From NCBI GenBank assembly GCA_951406725.2, contig OX597828.1, forward strand, positions 39,556,001-39,620,000: a DNA stretch of 64,000 nt, written 5' to 3'. The translations under genes were made by a program, and so were the position numbers. Source of the DNA: Octopus vulgaris. Taxonomy: Eukaryota. Of this stretch, positions 14,840-26,100 are shown piece after piece. Positions within the stretch are counted from its first letter, which is position 1. Each line of letters opens with the position of its first letter. The notes under the pieces were generated by a model. The model searched no databases and had not been told where the DNA came from. It saw only the letters and a list, made by a program, of their open reading frames with translations.

Positions 14840-14995
14840 GAAGAAGCAGTGGGACCGGCACAGGACCACCAGCGATGGAGAGCACTGGCGAATCTGGTCA
14901 GCTCTATGCATGAGGACATTTCTGAGACCACTAACCTGGGATGACCCTAGTCTCATCATGCAAGAGCAAGAAGCAAAGCGAAGCATGTGCAAGTA
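14840..14995 (+). mobile_element. 3' end of a different RTE-type LINE
   Basis: LEEAVGPAQDHQRWRALANLV resembles the AQDR..WR C-terminus of RTE ORF2. Confidence 0.5.
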
Positions 14996-15012
14996 TATAT
15001 CCATCACACACA

Positions 15013-15236
15013 CATGAGGAGGTGCTGAAAAGTTCCTGGCTTTTGGGTAAAAGAAAATATAGGAAGATCAGTTAATTATGATTTTATTCAACATGTTCCC
15101 CTCTCAGACTCACACACTTATTGCAGCAGTCTTTCAGGATTTTCTAAGCCCTGTAAAAGAACTTGGAAAGCTGGGACACCAACCAGGCCTTCTGCAATAC
15201 CCTTAAAGCCAGGAACCTTTCAGAACCCCTCCTATG
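15013..15236. mobile_element. Mariner-type MITE (~220 bp)
   Basis: TIRs gaggaggtgctgaaaagttcctggctt / aagccaggaacctttcagaacccctc. Confidence 0.8.
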
Positions 15237-15624
15237 TGTGTGTGTGTGGGGGGTGTGCAATAGCCCAGTGGTTAGGGCAGTGGACTCGTGGTCGTGGGAT
15301 CACAGTGTTGATTCCCAGACTGGGAGTTGTGAGAGTTTAATGAACAAAAACACCTAAAGCCTCACGAGGCTCCAGCAGGGATGGTGGCGAACCCTGCTGT
15401 ACTCTTTCACCACAACTTTCTCTCACTCTTTCTTCCTGTTTCTGTTGTACTTGTATTGCAAAAGGTCCACCTTGCCACACTCTGTGTCTTGCTGAATTTC
15501 CCTGAGAACTACGTTAAGGGTACATGCGTCTGTGTAGTGCTCAGCCACTTGCAGGTTAATTTCACAAGCAGGCTGTTCTGTTGAGCAGATCAACTGGAAT
15601 CCTTGTGATAACCGCTGGAGTGAC

Positions 15625-15686
<62 letters not shown>

Positions 15687-15707
15687 TAGATAGATAGATA
15701 GATAGAT

Positions 15708-15759
<52 letters not shown>

Positions 15760-17079
15760 GTGAATATGAGTTTATACACACACATAGATAGATTGATAGA
15801 GGTAATTATATACCATCATGCATTTACTTATAGGTGCATACATGGCTATGTGGTTTAGATGTTTGCTTTGCAAACATGTAGTCTTGGGTTCAATCTCTCT
15901 ACATGGCACCTTAGGCAAGAGTCTTCTCTTATCATTGTTTGGAAATTTGGTCAATGGAAATTGTTCAGAAGCCTATCATATGTGTGTGTGAAGGTATATA
16001 GCCTATTGGTTAGGGTGTTAGGTTTATGATCATAAGGTCACGGGTTCATTTCTTGGACCAAGCAGTGTGTTGTGTCCTTCAGCAAGGCACTTCACATTGT
16101 TCCAGTCTGCTCAGCTGTAAATGAGTGTCGTTTCACTGTTGGTGTAACACACAAACACACACACTCTCTCTGTCTCCAGCTGGATCAAGGGTGAGGACTA
16201 AGAGTATGTCTATGTTTGCTTTCAACCATATAGACAACAAAAACAATTAATGAAAGCATGCCACATGCTACCAGGTCCTTATCACTCATGAGTGACGACT
16301 AGTGCAGTAGTTACAGATATCTATGTACGGGCGTATAACCTAATGGTTAGGGCGTCGCAATCATGGCCCTGAGATTGGGAATTCAATCTCTGGACTGGAT
16401 ATTGTATTATGCTCTTAAGCAAAATGCTTCAGCTCATGTTACTAGGTAGTCACTGTGGCACCTGACATGTGGTACACTGTGCACCTGTTCAGGCAACATT
16501 GATTTCATGGAGGAAATGAGCTAATGTACAGCACAAACATTTGCTCATCATCATCATCATAATCATCGTCGTTTAACGTCCATTTTCCATGCTAGCATGG
16601 GTTGGACGATTTGACTGAGGTCTGGTGAACCAGATGGCTGCACCAGACTCGAATCTGATCTGGCAGAGTTTCTAAGCTCTGTAAAAGAACTTGGAAAGCT
16701 GGGCTTCCAACCAGGCCTTCTGCAATACCCTTAAAGCCAGGAACCTTTCAGAACCCCTCCTATGTGTATGTGTATGTGGAGATGCAATCTCCCAGTGGAT
16801 GCCCTTCCTAACGCCAACCACTATAAACAAATACTTTGTGCCTTAAGTAGTTCAGCAATAAATTGCAGACATCCATGTGGTGTCCGTGCATTTGTCTGTT
16901 TGTGTGTGTTTGTTTTGACACTGCATGGGTAGCACTGACATTGGAAGACAAATGGAATAAAATCTTTTACTTCAAGTGGCTGCAAATGAAATGCATGTCA
17001 CCCAGACCTAGAATTTCAGCTCTGCATCAGTTTTTGTAGATTCTCAATTTCATGTTGTGTTTTTCTGCCAATAGCACTC

Positions 17080-17780
17080 AACGTAGTTGAGTGGGCTTCA
17101 CCCTCCATTATTGTGTGAATGTCTCCAGAATATAACACCTGCTATGGCCTGGTCCAGCAAAGCCAGTAAAATGTGCGAATTGCTTCCTGCCAATGAAATG
17201 TTTTGAGGCCTCAAGGAAACTTGGTATGTATAACATCTAGGTTATCTTGAAATTCCTTCTTCATAGAATAGATTTTGGCTTTATAAAAAAGAATGTTTTC
17301 TACACCAACATCATTTTCAAAGTCTTCAATTATTCTACTTTGAAAGAAAGGTAATTTTTTACCTACCTCGGAACTACAGAGGAATTTACATTTTCAACTC
17401 TAACCTCAAAAATCTACAACTCTATTCTCCTTAACAGAATTGCCCCTCATACTGATTCTATCCTGCACTGGGATCAAAATGGCTTCTGCAAAGGCAGATC
17501 AATGCCATCATAGATCTTCTCCTTTAAAAGAATCACAAAAGAACTCTGAATTTTCAAGCAAAAGGCATAAATAGTATTTGTGGATTTCTCTACCTAACCT
17601 GTTGAACCATAATGTCCCAGATGAAATTGTCGAAGCTATTAACCATCATGTACAAAAACCCATCAAGATTTGTGCAAAGAATAGAAAAGGTCAACTAAAG
17701 AGTTCCCAACAACAGTAGGTATCCTTCAGGAAGACACTCTGGCTCCTTTTTTTCTTTGAGTTTGAAATGGACTACAACCT
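17080..17780 (+). mobile_element. Highly decayed LINE reverse transcriptase remnant
   Basis: PRNYRGI, QNGFCKGRS and IVFVDF motifs in order across broken frames. Confidence 0.7.
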
Positions 17781-18102
17781 TAAGAATTAAGTCCCTTGCT
17801 TGAAAACAGGTAAAGGTTAATGCAACCATAGAATGTTGCCGCAAGAACTCTTGTTTAACCCATGCCATCATTATTGGCAGAGTATCGGGTCCTGTGATAT
17901 TTGGTAATATCTCTACATTCTGTGTTCAATTCCCACCCAGGTCTACTTTGTGTTTTGTTATTCAGGAGTTGATGAAAAAAAAAATACTGGGGTCTATGTA
18001 ATTGACTTTATCCTTGGAGATGGTGCCACAGCAAAAACTGAAGTCCAATAAGTGAAAGCAGTTAAAGAAGACAAAATAAGGAAGGAATATACAAAAGCTA
18101 GT

Positions 18103-18390
18103 AGAAGAAGAAGAAGAAGAAGAAGAAGAAGAAGAAGAAGAAGAAGAAGAAGAAGAAGGAGAAGGGGAGGAGGAGGAGGAGGAGAAGAAGAAGTAGAAGA
18201 AGAAGGAGGAGAAGGAGGAGAAGGAGAAGGAGAAGAAGGAGGAGGAGGAGAAGAAAAAGGAGGTGGAGGAGAAGAAGGAGGAGAAGAAGGAGAAGAAGAA
18301 GGAGAAGGAGAAGAAGAAGGAGAAGGAGGAGGAGGAGAAGAAGAAGAAGAAGAAGAAGAAAGAGTTGAGTGGGATGGAGGAGGAGGAGAA
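18103..18390. repeat. (GAA)n/(GGA)n polypurine tract
   Basis: ~290 bp of almost pure purine, ~50 bp into the intron after INTS14 exon C. Confidence 0.95.
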
Positions 18391-18437
18391 TAAAAATAAC
18401 TATCAAACAGTGTCTGTGTGTATGAGTGATGACATAC

Positions 18438-18613
18438 TTGTAAACCAGATGTTTTGATCCAAACAACACAGCTTTGGGCATAACTTCGCTTATCTGTCGG
18501 CCGAATAGGAAATGGTGTTTTACTATCGTCGGTACCGTACGGAGATTCCTCACCAAATTCATTAACTGGTCCAAGCTGCTTAATGTTGCCAAGCCAGCAG
18601 ATGCTATTTTCAC
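18438..18613 (-). CDS. INTS14: INTS14 internal coding exon C (176 nt)
   Basis: Boundaries ttttttAG|gt...caa|GTatgt. Translates (G)ENSICWLGNIKQLGPVNEFGEESPYGTDDSKTPFPIRPTDKRSYAQSCVVWIKTSGLQ (INTS14: WLGKMAQLGP...PYGEDDNKSPFP...KRSYAQNVTVWIKPSGLQ). Confidence 0.95.
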
Positions 18614-19221
18614 CTAAAAAAATAAAAACAAAAAAAAATATGTAAGAACATAAGAAAAAATATGTAAGAAAATGGCGGTGCCCCAGCATGGCCACAGCTC
18701 GTGAGCTGAAACTAGAATCAATCAATCAATCAACATATTAAGGTTACATTCTTTTTACTTCTTTATTATTATTGTTATTATTTTGTATAACTTTTATACT
18801 GGTAAAACAAGAAATTGAAATTCCTTTACGGAAACAAGAATAATTATACATTCTTGATATATGCATTCATGTCAGGATACATATATGTTTTCCTTGAGAT
18901 ACTATTTAATTTCTTCTTCAAATAATTCAAACAGGTTTCTTAAACAGATTAACAGGATTTCTTTGTTTGAGTCAACACGGCTTCAGGGAAATGTGACTTT
19001 GTGAGTGAGAATTAATGGATATATGTAGGTGTGGGTATATTTGTATATATGTGTGAATGTTATGTCAGTATGTGTGTTTGCAAGGATGTAGTTGGACTCA
19101 TGAAGTGGACATACAAGTGTTTTTAGAACATAAGTGTATGCCTGCTTTTTATATGAACATCTATGTGAATATATGTGTATATAGACACACACACACACAC
19201 ACACATATATATGTATATACA

Positions 19222-19445
19222 TACATGGCATAGTGGTTTGGCTGTTGCACTTACAATCACTAGATCGTAGGCTCAATTCCCTGATTGGGCGGCGAGTTGT
19301 GACCTGGAGTAAAACACTTCATTTCACATTGCTCTGGTCCCACTGGCTAGCCAGTAGGATGGTGTCATTTAAAGGCTAAAACAATGCAAAAGCACATTGT
19401 GACTAGTGATGTGTAACAACATCTCATAGACTGGTTGGTCACATA
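19222..19445 (+). mobile_element. CORE-like SINE head E + tail 3
   Basis: aaaacacttcatttcacattgctctggtcc core followed by a tail homologous to 2965-3065. Confidence 0.8.
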
Positions 19446-20039
19446 TAGACACAACACACACACAACATATATATATATATATATATAAACAGACAGACAC
19501 ACACACATATATATACATACATACACACACACACATATATATATACAGACACACACATACATATATATACACACACACACACGCATATATACACACACAT
19601 ACATTTAAAAGAAGAAAAGGAAATGGAGATTAGGAAGTTGATAATTATTTATTACTAACAATAAACTGGTCATCATCGCTTCTAACAACAATACTCAATA
19701 ATCTAATTACAAATTTGCACATTAAATTTACATTTATGTGACATTATCATCATCATCACCGTTTAATGTCCATTTTCCATGCAAGCATGGGTTGGACAGT
19801 TTGACTGAAGACTGGCGAGCCAGATGGTTGCACCAGGCTCAAATCTTGATCTGGCAGAGTTTCTACAGCTAGATGCCCTTCCTAACGCCAACCACTCCAA
19901 GAGTGTATGGGTGCTTTTACGTGCCACCGGTACGAGGGCCAGTCAGGCGGTTCTGGTGACAGCCATGCTCAAATGGTGTTTTTTATGCGCCACCTGCACA
20001 GGAGCCAGTCCAGCTCAAATTTCGTGCATGTGCATTGTT

Positions 20040-20950
20040 TGTTTTTGATTTTGTCAACTACAGTGTAGCAGGGTCAGTTGGGCACCACCACCTGTAAGAA
20101 AAACAGCACCATGACACAATTCACTCTGCCAGAAATTTGGAAACGACATGCTGTACTGCTTGGCATTTGCCCTGGGAGCTCCAATACGAACATTTCAGAG
20201 TGTTTGGGTGTCAATCTGAGGACATCTACTGAGAGTGATAAAAATCAAACATCCAGTCAACATCATGATGTTTGGAGAGAACATACCCCCATTCATCTTC
20301 CCACATGGGCTCATACTCAACATGGTGCCTACATCAAGTGCTTGGAGGACGTAGTGCTGCTGGAAAGCCCTATGTCTGGCAACAGGACTCTGCCCCATGC
20401 ACACAAGCAGGAGTGATCACTAATGAAGGCAATGTTATGCCTCCATTCATCTTCCCACATGGCATCAGACTCAACACAGAGGCCTACATCAAGTGCCTGG
20501 AGGAGGTAGTGCTGCCCTGGGTGAAGAGGGTGGCTGCTGGAAAATCTTATGTCTGATAACAGGACTCTGCACCATATCACACAAGCAGGAGAACCCAGTC
20601 ATGGCTGTCAGACAATTTCTGCGACCACATCACCCCTAACAACTGGCCACCTAACTCCCCAGACTGCAACTCCCTTGATTATCATTTGTAGGGCGCAGTT
20701 GAGCAAGAGACCAACAAAACTCCTTGTAACACCAAAGATGAACCGAAGGCAAGGATTATGGCAGGAGATTCCTAAGTCATCTGGAGGTCATGGTTGAAGC
20801 CAATGGCGATTTAAAAAAAAAAAAATTTACTCTTTAGTATTTCAAGATATCTTTATGCAATTTTGGTAAGTATATCTGTTAAAATGGGATGTCAGTGTTA
20901 TTTTCATTTTTGCGTAATTTAGACAACAGTTTATTCACTGCACCCTGCAT
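20040..20950 (+). mobile_element. DD37D (maT-type) Tc1/mariner remnant with an internal duplication
   Basis: QDSAPYH...WPPNSPDCNSLDY has exactly 37 residues between the second and third catalytic Asp; 20275-20410 duplicates part of 20425-20590. Confidence 0.85.
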
Positions 20951-23393
20951 ACACTGACACACATACATATATATATAAGATGACATGGAAAAGCACCCGG
21001 GACACTCTGTGGAGTGGTTGGTTTAGGAAGGGAATCCAGCCGTAGAAACCAAATCAAAACAGAGTGCCTGGTGCAGCTCTCCAGCTTACCATCTCCAGTC
21101 AAACTAACTAATGCCAGCATGGAAAATGGACATTAGATGATGATGATGATCCTACTGTTCTATTAAAGTAGAATTCAACAAAAAAAGTACTCCATGAAGT
21201 GAGAGATAAATATCACAGTGCCCCTATGGCAAGTAACTATTAGTATCACTTATTTTAAATACTGTATACATTAAATGATATATATAAGTATATTGTATGT
21301 CATGTATGGGGTGTATGTTTGAGAAGTTCGCTTTATGAATATGTGCACTTTCCTTCCGTTTTTTTTTTTTTTTTTTTTTACTAATCCATAAGAAATTAGT
21401 TCAACATGACACTTTATGGCTACAAGGAAGATAATACTTCATGGCTGAATGGTAAACTAATTTGCTTCGCACTTGGATTTTATTTGGTGAATCATAAGTG
21501 TTCTTTTATTTTACTCTCAGGTCTAACCAGGCCTTGTGAAATTGCGTAGCTGGAAACAACGTGAAAGCTTGTCATGCGATATGCAATTCTGTTATACAGT
21601 ATCGTTTGTTCATCGTTTAACGTCCGCTTTCCATGCTGGCATGGGTTGGATGGTTTGACTGAGGACTGGTGACCCAGTGGCTGCACCAAGCTCAATCTGA
21701 TTTGGCAAAGTTTCTACAGCTGGATGCCCTTCCTAATGCCAACCATTCCGAGAGTGTAGTGGGTGCCTTTATGTGCCACTGGCACGAGGGCCAGTCAGGC
21801 GGTTCTGGCAATGACCACGCTCAAAAGGTGTTTTTTACAGGCTACTTACACGGGAGCCACACCGTGTAAGTAGCCTGTAAAACGACCATGCTCGAATGTT
21901 CACCTCGATAATGCCTGAGGATTATCTTGAGAATACAAGTATTTGTGGAATACTAAGCCACTTAATCCTTTAACATTCAGATCACTCTGTCAAATGTGAT
22001 GCTTATATATTTATTTATTCATTTACAAGAAAAAAAGAGATAAAGCTCCTTCCTAGGTCACATAGGATCAGTTTCCCAGTTTCTGCACTGTATATATTCC
22101 CTCTGGACAGGACACTAGTCCATTGCAGGATCACTCATCTTTGCCAAACTGGAGCAAAGTGAAATGAAGTGTTTTGCTCAAGAAAACAACATATCGCCTG
22201 GCCCAGAAATTGAAACCACAGTCATATGATCATGAGTCCAACACCGTAACCACTAAGCCATGCACCTTCACTATTTGTTAATACTACCTTGAATTAATCA
22301 TGTATTATCTCGTAGCTTCAAGATTTTGGTGTTGTGATTGTTTACTTTTAGAATGACAATGTAGGGTAGGTGTGAGATGCTGGATCTGGTCACTTTGAAC
22401 ATGAAACACAGAATATTTGGGTTCTTTTTTCTTTTATTCCTTTTACTTGTTTCAGTCATTTGACTGCGGCCATGCTGGAGCACTGCCTTTTAGTTGAGCA
22501 AATCGACCCCAGGACTTATTCTTTGAAAGCCTAGTACTTATTCAATTGGTCTCTTTTGCTGAACCGCTAAGTAACGGGGGACATAAACGCACCAGTATTG
22601 GTTGTCAAGCTTTGATGGGTGGACAAACACAAACACACAAACATATATATACACACAACTGGCTTCTTTCAGTTTCTGTCTACCAAATCTGCTCACAAGG
22701 CTTTGGTTGGCCCGAGGCTATAGTAGAAGAGGTGCCACGCAGTGGAACTGAACCTGGAACCATGTGGTTGGTAAGCAAGCTACTTACCACACAGGCACTC
22801 CTGCGCCTATTGGATAATGCTAATTTAAATGATAAAGGGTATCACAATAAATCAATTAGCAAGCAGTTCAGGTGATCAGACATCTGGAGTACTCATCATC
22901 AAAACCAACAAAAGATCCATTAAGAATCATCATCACCATCATTACCATCATCCTCGTTATCATCACCATCATCATTTAACATCCGTTGGCCAGCCAGAGA
23001 GCTACACCAGGCTCCAATTGTCTGTTATCGCATGGTTTCTATGGCTGGATGTCCTTCCTAACAGCAACTCCATTACAGAGTGTACTGGGTGCTTTTATGT
23101 GGAACTGGCACCGGTGCCTTTATGTGATACTGGCATGGGCACTCTTACACGTCACTGGTACAGTCTGTTATGAATAAATATTTTAGCTGTGTTTAACAAT
23201 TTCATAAAATTAGGACAGCAGAGTTTAGTTAGCAGCTTGTCCAATACTTTAATGAGTTTCCCAATTCGTCAAGCTGCATAATTATTTCTAGCTTAGACTT
23301 TTTTAATGCTTCATAAATTAAATATGCTAAAGCCTACATACATATATTAATTATTCTCATTAATTACGAAAAAAGCTTCCTTGTACACAGATA

Positions 23394-24019
23394 TTAACTC
23401 TTTAGCATTCTGATTACTCTGTGAAACGTTATGCTTACTGTACTCATTGTTTTGAATTAATCATGCATTTTCTCATAGCTTTGAGAATATGAAGATGTTA
23501 TTATATATTTTTAGTGGAATGGAAGCACTTCGTCGGTTACGACGACGAGGGTTCCGGTTGATCCGATCAACGGAACAACCTGCTCGTGAAATTAACGTGT
23601 AAGTGGCTGAGCACTCCACAGACACGTGTACCCTTAACGTAGTTCTCGGGGATATTCAGCGTGACACAGAGAGTGACAAGGCCGGCCCTTTGAAATACAG
23701 GTACAACAGAAACAGGAAGTAAGAGTGAGAGAAAGTTGTGGTGAAAGAGTACAGCAGGGACCACCATCATCCCCTGCCGGAGCCTCGTGGAGCTTTAGGT
23801 GTTTTCGCTCAATAAACACTCACAACGCCCGGTCTGGGAATCGAAACCGCGATCCTCTGACCGCGAGTCCGCTGCCCTAACCACTGGGCCATTGCGCCTC
23901 CACATATTTTTAGTACGACATCATAAAGTAAGTACGAGAGGTCAAATCTGGCCAGTTTGAGAATAAAAGAAGTAGAATATTTGGGCCAGATATGACTGGT
24001 TTAAATGTTAAAGGGTTAA
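23394..24019. mobile_element. piggyBac-like MITE (~235 bp) interrupted by a SINE; other copies at 21962-22400, 53036-53125, 53262-53888, 54443-54910 and 59394-59610
   Basis: TTAA-c(c/t)ctttagcatt...aatgttaaaggg-TTAA termini and a shared interior (ttttgaattaatcatgcatt; atatttgggccagatatg). Confidence 0.78.
23516..23903 (-). mobile_element. tRNA-derived SINE, head B + tail 1, young; also at 4455-4832 and 15247-15625
   Basis: A box tggcccagtgg, B box gtttcgattcc; 11-bp TSD atatttttagt (23505-23515, 23904-23914). Confidence 0.92.
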
Positions 24020-24064
24020 GGTAATGATTGTTGCAGTTTAGGGATAGGATGTTTAGCCGTTTAA

Positions 24065-24285
24065 CCCTTTTGATACCAACCCACCTGAAACTGCCTCTGG
24101 CTCTGTAGTACAAATGTCTTGTTTTCAAAAGTTCTGAATTAAAATCTTCCACCAAACCTTAGTCACAATTTATGTTCCTAACACTAGCTTAATGGTAACT
24201 AAGTTATTTTACTAAATTCTTTGTTATATTTAAAATTAATTGAAAGAAACACAGATACCTCAACAGAAATATGATAACAAAAGGG
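24065..24285. mobile_element. Second piggyBac-like MITE family (221 bp)
   Basis: TTAA|CCCTTTTGATACCA ... TGATAACAAAAGGG|TTAA. Confidence 0.85.
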
Positions 24286-25648
24286 TTAATATATATATAA
24301 TCCTTTCTACAATAGGCACAAAGCCTGAAATTTGGGGGAGGGGGCTAGTTGATTACATTGACCCCAGTGCTCGAATGGTACTTAATTTATTGACCCTGAA
24401 AGGATGAAAGGCAAAGTTGACCTCGGCTGCATCTGAACTCAGAATGTAACGACGAGTGAGATACCACTAAGTATTTTGCCCAGCGTACTAATGATTCTGC
24501 CAGCTTGCCGCCTTGGTTAATATATATAACAGACACTTTTTACTAGGATACACTTATAATGCCTCCTTTCTGTACCTCACATCCTTAATACACTGTTAAT
24601 ACCACTCTCTCCCTCACATCTTTAATACACATAAACTAATAAGGGGGTAAAGTGGAGAATTTGCCAGGGGTGTAAGGATGTTGGATAGAATACCTTCTGA
24701 TATTTGTTCTGACTCTCTGCTCTCTGAGTTCAGATCCTACCAAGGTCAACTTTGCTTTTCATCCTTTTGAGGTCTCCAAACAAGTAACAATCCAGGACAG
24801 TAGATTAGAAGAACTGTTAGTAAGCCAGGCACCTGAATATGCTAAAAATAACAGCAAAATCTTCCTGAAATCACCTCTTGCTAGTTTATAAAAGGAATGA
24901 TACATAGTTATAGACAGGATGGCCATAACAGGACTCATTTATCATAGTTCTTCAGGATAAAAGTTGATTACCAGCACATTTGTCGCCAGCTATGCAGCCA
25001 CCTCACTAACAAAACAAGAGACCTATCTGAGGTAGCTCATTTCTACTAGAAATGATAGCAAAAGCTTTTTCAAAACCTTACTCTGCCATCTTAAAAAAGA
25101 AGGGCATATTGACCAAATAGTCCTAGATGGAATGATCATATTTGGAATAGGGTTAGGGTTAGAGTTTCAGCTGTAAATACAATTGATCATGTCTGCCTGA
25201 TCAGGCCAGCTCTGGCAGCTAAAACAATATCGACATCAACAGCATCAACACTAACAACAACACCAAACTTCCATTATATTGTAATGAAGGAGGCTAGATC
25301 TTATAGGTGACTTGACCTGTTAGAAATAGCAACCAAGCCTGACTCAACAAGAATGAATGTTACATTGCAGAATGCAGTCATAGCTATAAGAGAAGACATG
25401 CTCACAGCTGGACTGGGAATGCCTTTTGTCATATGTTTGTTAGGTCAGAGCTCACTGGAAACTAAACAGCAATAACAACAGTGACACTAACACCACCACC
25501 ACCACCAATGTTATTACCCCAAATACTATCACATAAACAAAGATCTTGTTTGGTGATTTAAGATCCACTAAAAAATAAGGAGATAAAATTCCATATACAA
25601 AACAAACTATCAAGTACTTAAGACCAGCCAGAGAAAAATTCAATTGTT

Positions 25649-26100
25649 TCATCATCATCATCGTTTAACGTCCGCTTTCCATGCTAGCATGGGTTGGATG
25701 ATTTGACTGAGGACTGGCAAACCAGATGGCTACACCAGGCTCCAATCTTGATCTGGCAGAGTTTCTACAGCTGGATGCCCTTCCTAATGCCAACCACTCT
25801 GATAGTGTAGTGGGTGCTTTTACATGCCACCGGCATGAGGGCCAGTCCAGCTGCAACGCCCACACTCAAATGATGTTTTTTACATGCCACCTGCACAGGA
25901 GCCAGTCCAGCTGCACTGGCAACGACCTTGCTCGAATGTTTTTTCATGTGCCAGTATAAGGCAACGCTGGTAACGATCATGCTTGAATGGTGCTTTTTAC
26001 GTGTCACCAACACGGAAGCCAGTTAGTTGCTCTGGCAATGATCATGCTCGGATGGTGCTTTTAGCGCTCCACTAGCACGGATGCCAGTCATTGAATTTGA
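25649..26100 (-). mobile_element. RTE LINE 3' UTR fragment with 5 hairpin units
   Basis: catcatcgtttaacgtccgctttccatgctagcatgggttgg end. Similar fragments at 9110-9390, 16547-16820, 19746-20015, 20985-21150, 21610-21900, 22920-23160, 31190-31405, 34150-34345, 42355-42543, 48757-48948, 55560-55885 and 61329-61567. Confidence 0.88.

Noticed and set aside
18052-18613. Poly-Arg/Glu/Gly, poly-Lys and poly-Leu ORFs
   Set aside because: Translations of the (GAA/GGA)n tract; only 18438-18613 on the minus strand has protein homology.
23830-23903. tRNA gene candidates (also the heads of SINE A, D and E)
   Set aside because: A and B boxes are present but there is no complete cloverleaf, and each continues into a SINE body.
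25812-26095. CRISPR-like repeat/spacer appearance of the GTGCC-GGT-GGCAC units
   Set aside because: Units are degenerate along their whole length and lie in a LINE 3' UTR in a eukaryotic intron; no cas genes.
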